The translations under genes were made by a program, and so were the position numbers. The notes beneath the pieces were generated by a model, which saw only the letters and a program-made list of their open reading frames with translations, searched no databases and had not been told where the DNA came from. Shown in pieces: positions 25,760 through 38,587 of a stretch of 64,000 nt of DNA (the stretch's first letter is position 1; every line of letters begins with the position of its first letter). Where the stretch lies: the NCBI RefSeq assembly GCF_964355755.1, contig NC_092672.1, positions 31,254,437 to 31,318,436 on the forward strand, read 5' to 3'. This DNA comes from Antedon mediterranea (Eukaryota > Animalia > Echinodermata).

Positions 25760-26980
25760 GTCAAGTCAAGTCAAGTATCATTTATTATCATTTGTTTTAG
25801 GAAAAACATAGAAATTCTGTTTGCTCTGTTGGCGGAGCACAATATCCAACGGACACAACACGAACTCAAAAACAAAAACATTACAAAAAAAAGTGTCTAC
25901 ATCATATTTAAGGCTCTAATAGATCCTGGAAAGAAACTATTTGTAAATCGTGCCTTATTGGCCTTAATAGAACGAAATCGCCGACCGCTGCGCATCAACT
26001 GGAACATACTAGAGGCCGGATGAAATTGATCATCTTTGATAGCCACTGCCTTTTTCAGAAGACGATCCGAAAATATGTTCTCCAAAGGCAGTTGTGCAGA
26101 TCCAATTATACGCGATGCGGTCTTGACTATTCTATTTAGGTCACGCTTTTCATTTTCGGTAGCGCTACCGAACCATACCGTTAAAGAATACGTTATTACA
26201 CTCTCTATAACTGACCTATAGAAGGACGACATTATTTCAGAGTTTATACCAAATGATTTAAGTCTACGTAGGAAGTAGATTCTTCTTTGGGCCTTTCTAA
26301 TAATGTTACGTGTGTTAATATGCCACTTCAGATCATTTGAAATATAAATACCCAAGAATTTAAATTCTTCTACAAACTCAACTGATATACCATTAATAAA
26401 TATTGGATATTTGACATTAAGTGATTTACGGAAGTCTACAACCATTTCTTTAGTCTTAGATACATTCAAGAACAGATTGTTTTCGTTACACCAGTCTACA
26501 ACTCGTTTAACTTGGTTGCGATAATTAGACTCATCACTGTCATCATTGATTAGACCTACAATGGTAGTATCATCCGCAAATTTAGCGATATGACAGTTAC
26601 TGTAGTAGGTAACACAGTCATAGGTAAATAAAGTAAAAAGAAAGGGCGACAGTACACAGCCCTGTGGTACACCTGTATTTATAATACGCTTATCTGATAT
26701 AATGGTACTCACTTTAGTACGTTGGGGTCGATCAGTTAAAAAGTTTAACACCCAGTTACATATAGAAATATCGAAACCGATTTCAACCATCTTAGTGTGT
26801 AACTTATACGGTACAATCGTATTAAATGCTGAACTAAAATCTATATATAAAATCCTTGCATATCTTTTATCACGTTCGAGATGCTCTAAGATCCTATGCA
26901 AAGTGATCGATACAGCATCTTCGGTAGACCGGTTTGGTCTATAGGCGAACTGATATTGGTCAAGATCTCGAGGACACTTG
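25760..26980 (-). mobile_element. 5'-truncated Rex1/Babar-type LINE with an open RT frame
   Basis: ORF 26901-25897 (frame extends upstream through DQYQFAYRPNRSTEDA) with IDFSSAFNT, GVPQGCVLSP, KFADDT and C-terminal SGRRFRSIK; 3' tail (CTTGA)n. Confidence 0.9.
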
Positions 26981-27368
26981 GCCTAATACAATACACTATT
27001 AAAGACTCGCCTAAAAGTTAACCAATTTTGATAGTTTTTTTTTTAATTAAGCAAAAAAATGTACAAATGCCAGCCGTACAACTCACTGAATTTTGCAATG
27101 TTTGTTTATACACAGGTGAAATGGTATGAAGGGCAAGATATGGTTTACACTACAACCAACCCCTATTCAAGGGACACTTTGTTCTGAACGTGTCCCCTTA
27201 ATAGGAGCTTTACTGTACTAATAAATAAAACAAACATCACATAAACAAATGGTTTTTTATTAACAAAAAGCGAATGGAAGTTTCTTTACATATTTTTATT
27301 TTTCGGAACATGTTTTTGTTCTTATCAAGGTAGACATTTACTTAAATTTACTTTAAAAACTTAACTTA

Positions 27369-27491
27369 AGCTCTGTCTACACTATCAAATTTTAGGACAA
27401 CAAATGTGATGTGCCCATATATGGACATCATGATGTTATATCACTACAATATTTGGCCACAGCAACATAGTTTGATAGTGTAGGCAGAGCT
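27369..27491. mobile_element. MITE family A copy
   Basis: Same TIRs and core. Confidence 0.75.
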
Positions 27492-27519
27492 TTAAAAACA
27501 TATTTTCATTGAAAGTTAA

Positions 27520-27653
27520 AGCTTGGTTCCCACTTGGATGTAACGCAATAATGCAGGCACACCAATCAAAGGCAACAGTCGAGTGATTCTTCATGCCATT
27601 ATACATTGCAGTGGGCTTTTGCCCTTGTGTTGCGTACAAGTGGAAACCAAACT
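27520..27653. mobile_element. MITE family B copy (Harbinger-like)
   Basis: AGCTTGGTTCCCACT...AGTGGAAACCAAACT; related to 24163-24299, 41274-41429 and 59937-60137. Confidence 0.7.
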
Positions 27654-28226
27654 TTATAGATATATAAAATAAACAATAAACAAGTAGCACTTCAAATATA
27701 GCATCCAAATTTGTAACAAAAAATTTGACAATTTAGTGTTTATTTTACTTAAAACCAAGGACATTTTGTTTCGGGTTTTAAAAATTAAAACAAACTTTTG
27801 ATAACACAGTACTGGGACTCGAAACAAACTACTTTATCTTATATTATCTTTTGATCTAAGCACCAATAATGCAAATTTGTTCATCAGGCAAATTTCTTTT
27901 ATATTTACAGTTTTATCAAAATTAAATTGTCTTTAAAATATCAGCCCTGATTTGTTTTGTTAATTAGTTCAAATTATAAGGCAAGGCTGGAATTCAATTG
28001 GTTATTTCCTGATTTTTTTCACCCAATTAGACAAGTTTATAATTACATTACTTAGATCTGATTGGCTAATTATGATTTTCTAAGAGTAAAATAAAGCACT
28101 ACAGTACATTACAACTGGACACTCGTTAGTCCATTGTTATTTTGACTGTACTGTTTACGCAAAGCACTTGGAGAATGTGGGACCATAAAAGTTCAGTTTT
28201 ACTGTGTAATACTCTTTATTAAACAC

Positions 28227-28540
28227 CTAAATAAATTCCTGTCATTTGATTGTGGGTCACATGGCGTGCAATAGTATACACTATTAAACTATTATTTGTA
28301 CCATTACACTCATAAACATTCATTATTTGTATAATAATGAACGACAATCATATATACATGTTTGTAGAAAATAGATTTTTTGTGCTAAATAAATTCCTGT
28401 CATTTGATAGTGGGTCACATGGTGTGCAATAGTATACACTATTAAACTATTATTTGTACCATTAAACTCATAAATATTCATTATTTGTATAATGAACGAC
28501 AATCATACATGTTTGTAGAAAATAGATTTTTTGTGCTACT
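28227..28540. repeat. Tandem duplication of ~160 bp
   Basis: taaataaattcctgtcatttgat...tagattttttgtgcta occurs twice. Confidence 0.85.
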
Positions 28541-28746
28541 TTTGTTCACACAAAATTTAAGTCTACTTTCAAAGAAAAAATACAAATATAGTTTAATTTT
28601 ATCAAAACCAGATTAAATGTGTGTGAGGGAAAAATATACATTTCTACAGAAAAACCCCCAAAAAATTATATCATCCCAGAATTATGAACTATATATTAAT
28701 AAACTATTCACAATGTGTTTGATGAAAATAGTATTTTCAAAAATTC

Positions 28747-29012
28747 AATTTTATATAAAAGGTGTCTCGGGTATGAAGGCTAAATAAGTCTATTTTATAT
28801 AAAAGGTGTCTGGGCATGAAGGCTAAATAAGTCTATTTTATATAAAAGGTGTCTCGGGTAAGGCTAAATAAGTCTATTTTATATCAAAGGTGTCTCGGGT
28901 ATGAAGGCTAAATAAGTCTATTTTATATAAAAGGTGTCTCGGGTATGAAGACTAAATAAGTCTATTTTATATAAAAGGTGTCTGGGGTATGAAGGCTAAA
29001 TAAGTCTATTTT
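28747..29012. repeat. ~44-bp minisatellite (6 copies)
   Basis: ttttatataaaaggtgtctcgggtatgaaggctaaataagtcta repeated. Confidence 0.9.
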
Positions 29013-29061
29013 AAGAATACAAACATTATATAAGGGAAGTTGAATCAGGACTAGCAGGAAG

Positions 29062-29362
29062 AAAAATATTGGGTCTTGTGTGAAAGCACCCTTATATACA
29101 GGTTTTCATTGCCAATCAAGCAACACATCTTTTCTACCTGAAAATGTTAGGTCTTGTGTGAAAGCACCCTTAGATATGGATTGTTGCAGACTTTAACCAA
29201 TCAAGCAGCATATCTATCTGAAATTTTAGGTCTTGTGTGAAAGCACATTTAGAGATGGATTTTTGCAGGTTTTTAGCCAATTAAGCAGCATATCTTCTAT
29301 CTGAAAATGTTGGGTTTGGTATGAAAGCACCTTTAGAGATGGATTGGTCAGGATTTTAGCCA
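29062..29362. repeat. Degenerate ~80-bp tandem repeat (4 copies)
   Basis: ggtcttgtgtgaaagcacc...ccaatcaagcagcat...ctgaaaat repeated. Confidence 0.75.
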
Positions 29363-29961
29363 AAAAAAAGCAGAATTTAATTTTAATTGGGTGTACAATA
29401 TAAATTAATGCTGAGTTACCAGTGAAATGTAGTATGTTAGTCAACAATTTTATTTTTCTACTTTTCTGAGTTTAAAAACTGTTTTTGTTCTGTATACCTA
29501 AACTGACAGTGAACAACACTACAGTAATTCTATTCCTTCCTCAAAATCACTTAATACCATTTGCATTCAAGGACATTTTTTTTAAAGTTTTATCAAATTA
29601 TAATACTCCCTCCAGTTTCTCTTAAAAAAATAACGAATGACTTTTTTATCATTTTTTTTTATAAAAGTTTATGCCTAATAAAATGGTGAAATGCTAGTCC
29701 CTTAAAATGAATACATTTCTACAGATTTTTACTTTTACAAACATTATTTACAAAACAAAAACATAAGAAAGCAATACTAATATTTTAGTTGGTCCTAAAT
29801 AATATATACGAAATGGTTTCTTATTGCATTCCAAGATCCAGCTTAGAAAATGGAGAATATATAAATCGAGTACTGGTATTTGGTTATGGAGGTCAGTGAT
29901 TGACATTCATTGGCTCCGCCCATGTCCATTGGCTCCGCCCATGTCCATTGGCTCCGCCCCT

Positions 29962-32900
29962 TTAGATGTCTAAATCATCATCTGGATCCTCGTCGTCAAA
30001 GTCGTCCGCTTCATCCGGTTCATAGTAAATCCTCCCTCCAGGATTTAATTCATTTGCTTTTCTGAGAAAACAAAATTGAAATAATCAAAGGTTAAATTGT
30101 GGCAACATAGGGAGGCATTTATAGAAGCTCTCAATTTTTTGACGGCTTAAGGACCTACGTATATCGTGTCATTGTCTGGATCTAGAATCTGAAGCTGTGT
30201 AGAGGCATCAAATGAGGCCAGGAGGCATACTGCGTACACTAAATTAACATGACGTAGCTAGTATCTAGATTTTCGCAATTCAAAACCTCACTTTGGGATA
30301 AGGTTAAAAAAATTCTTTTTGTAAATGTAAAATGTCAATGGGGGAATAACTTGCAGCCTATTAGGGCTGCATGGACTAGTACACCAGGGTAATTGCCTAC
30401 TCTTCCGAAGTACTGGTTTCTTTAAATGCACACAAGCCAGATGTGTACACTGGACCTCCAGTTTTAAGAAGATTGGTTGAACCTGTGCTGATTGTATAGG
30501 TTTGCGACGCAGTAAAGGCTCGACTACTCAACTTACCGTTTAGCACTAAGGGTATACGGTAACACAACTTCACTTCTTGCTTGTTTCTCGGACTCTCGCA
30601 GCGTCAGATTAAAGGTTAAATTTGCTGTCGGATCTCCCTATAAATAAAAAAAAACTTACATAAAACGAAAACAAGATATTTCAAATTTTTTCACATTACA
30701 CACCATTAGTTTACTAATGCTGTACATCTTAGAAAATTTTATTTTTAAAGAAAATTGACTTTTTTTTAATGAAGATTCCCCCATGGTGGGCTTACAGTAT
30801 GATTGCAATTTGTACTCACTTGATCAGGTGGTTCCATTTTAATAACTGACTGTTTTGTTTCTTCTGGGAATGTAATAAGTCGATAGTCTCTATCTACACT
30901 ATAGCCTTCTTTCTGTAAAATGAAAATTTATTTTTGATAATCAACATTATTGATAATTTTTTATTGTTTGTTGATATAAAGTTTGCGGTACACCACATGT
31001 ATTAGTTCTGAAAAGAACTGTTGAGTTTCTTGACGTTTCGATCAATATGCTTTGATCGTCCTCAGGAGTGAGAATGAAATTGATTGTTTATAAAAACATT
31101 TTTTAATGAATCATAAAATGCAAAACTTGCTAAATATTTTAAGTTTGATCAAAATATTTACCTTCTTAAATACTTTTCCAGTTCTGCGTTTATGTACAAT
31201 GTTACAAATACCCAAAGGCGCTTCATTTAATGGCATTATTGACATGTAGGAGGAAACCGTGAGAATCGTAGACGCCAGGTGTTCTAACGCACAGAGGGCG
31301 CTCTCATCGTGAACATCTTTGTGAACAAGACACACTACTAAACATACTTCAAAACCTAAAACGAAATTTAAAAAAAAATGTTAATTTTCATTATATATTA
31401 TAGCAATATTATTGTTTGTTTGTTGGGTATATATATTTATATACAGTTACATTATGTACTACAGCATATTCATAATACCGCCGTATATTATAGATATTTT
31501 TTTGGGTGAGTTGCCAACAATTTTTTCTTTAACTTGCCTAAATCATTGGTGTTGATTAATCGATGCAAACCATTAAACACGTATGTCGGGGATTTGCGAA
31601 GGAGTACCGGGCTAAGAGAATCCACAACGACGCAAACCCTTTTACTGTCATCTCGGTTACACTTCTTTACATTCCTCATGAAGACGTCTTCAGAGGTGCT
31701 TATATCTAAACTGTTGTGTCTGTAATTTGTGCTGCGAAGAAAAATTGTTTAATTTAAAAGTAAACTTTTTTTGTACCCAAAATGATTGATAAATGATAGT
31801 GGTAACTGACAAAAAAACATCACTTCCGAAGCTTCATTAATCTACTTATTCAATTCATTCATTCAACTAGAGGTACAGTATGCACTTGAAGTGAACAGGG
31901 CAAATGAAATCACTAATGGTAAAACCATAGAGGTATTACTTTTAGAGAGTCAACTAGAGGCACCAAACAGAGAATTAAAGAAAAAAGGGGCAGGGACTCC
32001 TCAAAATGAAAGTTTTGCAGCATATTTAAGAATACATTCTCTTATGCATACCGCAACACAGACGCAGTGGTACCTAACTGAGTAGTGGACATGGTTCTGT
32101 TGATGCAGCTACGGTATTGTTTGATGGTTCCTCCTCATGGTAGAACTCTTTTTGAGTTGTGATTGTATTGGAGTTGACTCTCTAGTTGTTATAAATTATT
32201 TCTATGCTTTACAGAAACAAAATACCTGTATCACTACTGTAGTAGTCTCAGTAGGTCAAACAAGGATAAAATTACTCTTTACTCTTCCTTGGTAAAACCT
32301 ACCTATTTAAGTTCCATTGAAGCGGGTTAGTCCATCCATCATGGCATTGCAGTTTATTCTTCACCTTTGTGTCGATTGTGTTAATGAATACATCGGGCGA
32401 CGTGTCGAAGTTGAATATGTGCACCTGGTCCAACCTGCAACCAATCAGCATTGGATTCTACAGTGTTATCATTTTATCTTCGAAACAATTGCATTAAACG
32501 ACATATTTCAAATTCTTAATGATTATCATACTGTCGTACCTGTCTAGTGTCTAGCTAAAAGATAGCTTCAAATCTATTATGTGTTTCCCTATGACACCCC
32601 CTGCCCAACCCCCTTAATTTCAAGCATTTAAACCTTGATATGAAAAACTACATTATAATGTGTGTCACCAAACAGTAAACTAAAATTTGCCAATTTTAAT
32701 TGTATGTATTGTATGTGATATTTTATGTACTGATGCCGAAATAAATTAAATCAAATCAAATCAGATTAAAAACATTTATGATACTGGCTCCGGTAGCAAA
32801 AAAATGAAAACATTTTATTTATCTCATTATTTTTTCAATAAATTTGGCAGTGAAAACTGTCATACAGAATGTTAAATTTCCAAGGTTATTTTCATGCCCA

Positions 32901-35486
32901 TGCTAGAATATAAATAAATAGAAACTGTCATGTTGAAGAAAAATTAGAAAGGACTTGTTCCTCTCATGATGAGAGAAACACGTCCTTTGCCACATTTACT
33001 GTATACTGCTTCACGTTGCTTGCAACAAACAATGGGGTATTTTTTATTCATTAAGGGGGGAAAAGAGATGGGATGTATTGGAAGGCCAATCTATTATTAA
33101 TTAAGGGGAAAGAGGTGGGGTGGATGGGAAGGTTTATAAATGTTTATAATACAATTTAGATATCAAACTGCCCCAACTTTGAAATTGCTGAACCTTAGTA
33201 ACAATAGTACGGTAGGGCAATTGAAGAAATCCACTTAGACATGTCGTTTATCATTTTGATTTAGGGAAAACCCGAAAAGCTTGAATACATAATAAGATAT
33301 AGGTCCATGGTAGTAATATGCACATGCTTCATAAATGATCCACTTCCACCCTCCCTTCCAACATCCCCTCTCTCACCCCCTTTTATAATAAAAGAAAAAT
33401 CTGTTAAAAATGTTATTTGAAAGTGAGACAAAGCAGATAGGTAGTGGTGTCTACAAAACTCAAATCTGAGATACATATTCAAGGAACAATCCATAATTAT
33501 GCATAGATGGTCTTCCACAAACGTTATTACATTCTGGGTACAATGGCCGTATTCACCAATCACACTTAAGTGAGATATTTCCCTTAAATAATAAGTATTT
33601 CACTTAACTCAATAAATATTTAAGTATTTCACTTTTAATTTTATTCACTTACTGTAGATAGGAGATTTTTTTTAATTTAAAGAATAAATGTTTGTGAATG
33701 GTGAATACAGCCACAGTTTTTTTTTAATGTGATTTCTCTATTTTGTTTTTTTAAAATTACTGAAGACAAATAAATGTATTTAAAATACATACAATGTAAT
33801 CAGAGTTATTTCTCCATATTTAGGAGAGTTAGATAATTATCTATCTAGGCACTTAAATTAAGCTCTGTCTACACTATCAAACTTTATGTGACAAAAACAT
33901 TTAATGTGCCCATTATTATTATTCGGGCACATCACACTTTTTTGTCACTGTCAAGTTTAATAGTGGAGACGGAACTTTAAATTTGATATCACAATCTGGA
34001 TTGGTAGATCTGAGTTTTATAGACACCCAATAGGTAGAGATAGACTTGAATTACCTGTAGGCTAGCTCAGTTGTGATACAGCGTAGAAGTGCCCGGCCAC
34101 TGTGTGCCACAGAATCTACACTCATGAAGAGAGAAGAACATGGTGCAACAGATAGAAAGTAACAGCAGGTAAACATGACATAGAGTAAAGCAGCCAATCC
34201 ATTAGCATACATCATTTGAATATTCATGTTATGTTAATTAAGTACACAGCCAATAGTATATGAAGTGATTTGAATACTGATATTTAAAAGTGGAAATATT
34301 GATATATTTTGTGAACAAATATGGGATACAATATAAACACACAATATAAATAAACAACATACAGTAATTAAACATAGTAAATTGTACTTCAGTTACTGCA
34401 GTAATGTTTCACTGAAATAGGTAAATACCGTACAAATAATATTATTTAGGACTAGTTTTTGTTCAATTGTGTTGCTAGCTGTGATTGAACCATTTTCCCC
34501 TTTTCATCAACATTGATTGAGCTACAGTAAGTCTACAAATTAGAAAAGTATACTCTCACAGAAATCCATGAGCCATATTTCATTAGCATATGAATAAAAT
34601 GTTATAACGATGACTCATGAAAAGAAAACTTCTTGAAAGAAAACTTCTTGAAAGAAAAACAATGCAAAACAAAGATGTTTTTTGTTTAGTTAATGTGCTA
34701 GAAATTCCCAAGTAGGTTCTCAGCAAATAAACGCCTACAGCATTCAATAGACCTTTATTAGTTCTCTGGGGGGTTTTTCAATTGGATATTGTAAGTACTT
34801 ATTCTCATGTATACAAAAATTAATTACATAATAAATATTGTTGAGGAAATGAATTTATAAAAAACTAAATAAACATGTCCAACAATGTTTTTTAAATTCA
34901 AGTATGAACAAAAATGTGAATTATTTGAAAATTACTTACAATTTCATAACAAGTTACATATCTTTTTTTAGGAGTACTTACCACTGTATTTTAATTCAAA
35001 CTTTAATTTGTATGTATATAAATAAGGTACGATAAAAAAAACAAAGCAATTAGATTAGGCTATCTGGAAATTAATAAAATAAAACTTTTTTTCACTTGTG
35101 AACTTAGTATAATATTATTATTAATAAATAGACAGTATACGATTTATAACTACTACTAGTACTAGCCTAGGCCTAGTAGTACTACTGGTATCGATTACTA
35201 ATTATTATTAATTCATTTCATACCCCTCTCTCTGCCTAGACGTTACCCATATAAAAATATATATGACCCATCAAATATATTGACATACTAGTGGTGTAGG
35301 TCTAGCCTCTACTAGGCCTAGAGTCTAGGCCGCCCATGGAGTGCCCAACTTATAATTGTAAATCGAGTGTGCAGGTTGTTGTTTTGGATTTTTAAGAAAG
35401 TGAAGACGGACGAGAGGCTTACCTTCTAAAACGATCAATTGCGAACCTTCCCTACCATCGATAAGCTGGCTCAAAAGAGTAGCCAT
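29962..35486 (-). CDS. ELP5: Elongator complex subunit 5 (312 aa, 8 exons)
   Basis: Exons 35486-35423, 34115-34055, 32434-32303, 31731-31538, 31355-31162, 30912-30820, 30637-30537, 30061-29962. Motifs DSVAHSGRALL, VVVDSLSPVL, LVHKDVH, DPTANLTFNLTL, GRIYYEPDEADDFDDEDPDDDLDI. Confidence 0.93.
30968..31075 (-). mobile_element. Penelope-like repeat fragment carrying a minimal hammerhead motif
   Basis: Near-identical to 57510-57598; minus strand CTGAGGA-CGATCAAAGCATATTGATC-GAAAC-GTC. Confidence 0.55.
33861..33976. mobile_element. MITE family A copy
   Basis: Same TIRs and core, right end degenerate. Confidence 0.7.
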
Positions 35487-36704
35487 TTTATGTACAACAC
35501 CTGGTTCAAAAGTATATATAATTTTCTGTAGTAATATGTTTTTTATGAATATAAAACACTTCTTTGTTCTTCCACTGTACTCGTACTAAGAATAGACTAG
35601 ATAACTAACTCGAAAATCAACGTTGCGCATCGAATAAAAAATGGAACGACTTCGTTGAAAAATATGACCTAAATAAAAACTGTTCAATTTAAAATTATAA
35701 TCCTAGTTAAATGTTAAATATATTAAATTTTTTAATTTTAAAATTTTAAAACTAACTGTTTATGAATACATTATAATTTTAAAATTGCAATTAATCATTA
35801 ATTCTTTGATGATATTTATGAATTTAGAAAAGTTTTATGAACTGCACATGCGTAATGTTGTCAATAACAACTGTAATCAAAAAAGATCAAAAAGTGGTTT
35901 GGGAAAGGAGGAGGGGAAGAGGACGACTAGAAAGTTAAAAATGTTTTTTAATTTGCAAAAAGTTGGTTTAACAAGTGTAAGATATTATTGACCAACTGTA
36001 GAATTTATCTATTCCTATAAATCATTTAAATTTAGCCTAGGCTAGGGCCTAGGGCCTATAGGCCTAGCCTAGTTGTGATGAAGGTCAATTAAATGAATGG
36101 AGAGGAGGTAGGCGGCTAGGTCCTACCACCCTCTCTAACTAGCTAGATAGTACTAACTAGGCTAGTAGTAGTAGGCCTACTACTAGCAATCATGCAGCAG
36201 CAGCAAGCAATCATGCAGCAGGGCAGCTCTGTGTGTCACTTGATTGACGTGTGTGTGAAAACGGCGAATGAATCAGTCACAGTTCATTCATACTATTACT
36301 AATTAGTCATTACGATAGCCTCCCTGTAAAAGTATCATGCCAACTTTTTTTTAAATATTATGGCAATTAACAAGAAAACATCACACGGCAAATAAATATA
36401 TGCTGAAATAATTATTTTAAAAATTGGTGTGGCTTTTTGTAAATTGCCAAGATACTTGTTGCCGTGACACTTACAGGCCACCATATACTATAGTTAAATT
36501 CTTTCATACAATATTGTTTAATCATTAAAGCACAAAGTGTGTTGTCGGGATTTTAGCATTTGGTGTGGTTGATCAATTATGGGATACAGTGCTAATAATA
36601 GTTTTCTTGTTTTTTTTGTGCAGGATATTGCTGTTAGATTCCATGACAACAGCAGATTATGTTTTAATCATTATTATTGTTAATGGATAGAAGACTACCA
36701 CAAA

Positions 36705-37610
36705 ATGGCAAAGAGATTGCACACTCACAATCCTTACAATAGGAATATTCCACTAAATCACAAACATGATGGTGTTGATACCACAGATGGTAGAACTGCC
36801 ACCCCTCAAAAAATAATTAGTGCTTCCAGTAAGCTTAAAAGACAAAATGATTCATCAGTTGTTGGTCGGAACTCTGTACACGAAGAGGAAATAAAATCAA
36901 GTTCCACTTTTCATGAAGAAGAAACCAATTCTCGACCCGGATCTTCCTTCTCAGTGTATCGACCATTACCTGATATTGGTCAGAAATGGAGTAAAACAAC
37001 TTCTTCAGATTTACTAGACAATGTTATTAACGATGTCAGTAGTTTGCATATTCAAGAAAATCACAGTCCACATGTGAAGAAGAAGAAGCGTATGAAAGAT
37101 TCGACGGCACCGTATGAAGATATTAAAATTAAAAACGTTGTTCAAAATTACAGTATAAAACCGCATAGTCCAGATGTAAAAGGTCATGTGACATCTGCGA
37201 CAATCAAACATGGCAAAGGAGAAGCAGAGGGAATGTTTGAATCGCACTCACGGAAGATATCAAGACGCGAGTTACGGAGTATGCAACTACGACAGCGACG
37301 GAACTCCCAGATGAGATCAGTACAGCCAGAACCGACGGAAGAAATGGATAGATTGTTAATTGCTATAAGACTACCAACCGGTGAGAGATTTCAACGATTT
37401 TTCTTGCCAAGTAGTACAGTTACAGACGTGATAACATTTGCGGAATACCAAGTGAAGGAGTCTTTTGCAGATTGTGATGTTTTCATGAATTGTGTACCAA
37501 AGAAAAAATTACAATGGTTGAAAGAAAGTCTTGGTGATTGCGGTGTTAAAGACCGTACTTTACTTTTACTTGAAGAGAAAGATGAAGATGAAATTACTGA
37601 TAATCTGTGA
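36705..37610 (+). CDS. UBXN10: UBX-domain protein, UBXN10-like (301 aa, single coding exon)
   Basis: Long disordered N-terminus with YRPLPDI; C-terminal UBX domain LLIAIRLPTGERFQRFF...SLGDCGVKDRTLLLLEE; splice acceptor at 36623 upstream of the ATG. Confidence 0.75.
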   Translation: MAKRLHTHNPYNRNIPLNHKHDGVDTTDGRTATPQKIISASSKLKRQNDSSVVGRNSVHEEEIKSSSTFHEEETNSRPGSSFSVYRPLPDIGQKWSKTTSSDLLDNVINDVSSLHIQENHSPHVKKKKRMKDSTAPYEDIKIKNVVQNYSIKPHSPDVKGHVTSATIKHGKGEAEGMFESHSRKISRRELRSMQLRQRRNSQMRSVQPEPTEEMDRLLIAIRLPTGERFQRFFLPSSTVTDVITFAEYQVKESFADCDVFMNCVPKKKLQWLKESLGDCGVKDRTLLLLEEKDEDEITDNL

Positions 37611-38086
37611 CCTTTAATGTTGCAATGAAGTTGATAGTTACTAGCAATGCATTGCTCTTAAAGAGTGAGAAACTTAAAAGTTCCAGAAGTTCAGCAGCAG
37701 TTTGAATCACACTCACAGAAGATCACAAGATGCTAGCTATGGAGAATGCAACTGTGACTGCGGCGGAACTCTCAGATGAGATCAGTACCAGCAGAAGTGA
37801 CGGAAGAAATGACTGGGTACGGCCGTCTTCACTGGGCCCAATGCACTTGATTGATTTTGCAAAATTGTGACTCTGACCCTTACCTGTTCCAGTGCTAATT
37901 TTATGTTATGTGCATTATATGTTAGAAATTTTACTTTCATAATTTCAAAATAACAAATTTTAAATATATTGTCAGGTTGTTAACATTTATTCAATTTATT
38001 TTATTAAAACCACTGTACATTTACTAATGTTACCGAACATGATTATGATTTTAATAATCTAAATAAACCATATTCTAAAAATAGCT

Positions 38087-38587
38087 TCAGTGATTTCGTT
38101 TATCATCTTTTGATTTTACAAGTGGCGGTAGGATGCAGTTGGGCACGATACCTCTTCCAATGTTACATGGCGTGTACCCAAATCGTGTTCCTACCTCGCG
38201 CTTGTCCTGCAATGTCGGGAACACTACCAGTGGATCTTGATAACTTGACCGTGATGTTGAATTCAAGGTATACCGAATATCCGGCGGTTTACCATAATTG
38301 CTTGTGTATGGTCCGTGATGTCCAGAAGTCCAATTGGTCATCTGAGTGTGTCGGATCATGTCTGGTAATTGAGTCTGAATGGAATTAAAGTCCGGATTCC
38401 ATATTCCAAAAGTAGAATTATCTTTGTTGTATGGAGACTGGTATTGTAGTCCTACTGAATGTGGGTTTTGCCGACGTGTTGGTGATAGAACTCGTGGAAA
38501 AAGTCTCGGACCAGTCTGAGACAAATTAAAGTCTGTAAAAGTAGTTGTTCTCGGACGTTTGTGCTTTCTGGTAAACACATTCGCCAT
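38087..38587 (-). CDS. Uncharacterised single-exon protein (166 aa from the first ATG)
   Basis: Uninterrupted non-repetitive ORF, more GC-rich than its flanks; ATG in GACATGG context; AATAAA downstream on the minus strand; divergent from the EF-hand gene. Confidence 0.7.
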   Translation of the reverse strand: MANVFTRKHKRPRTTTFTDFNLSQTGPRLFPRVLSPTRRQNPHSVGLQYQSPYNKDNSTFGIWNPDFNSIQTQLPDMIRHTQMTNWTSGHHGPYTSNYGKPPDIRYTLNSTSRSSYQDPLVVFPTLQDKREVGTRFGYTPCNIGRGIVPNCILPPLVKSKDDKRNH

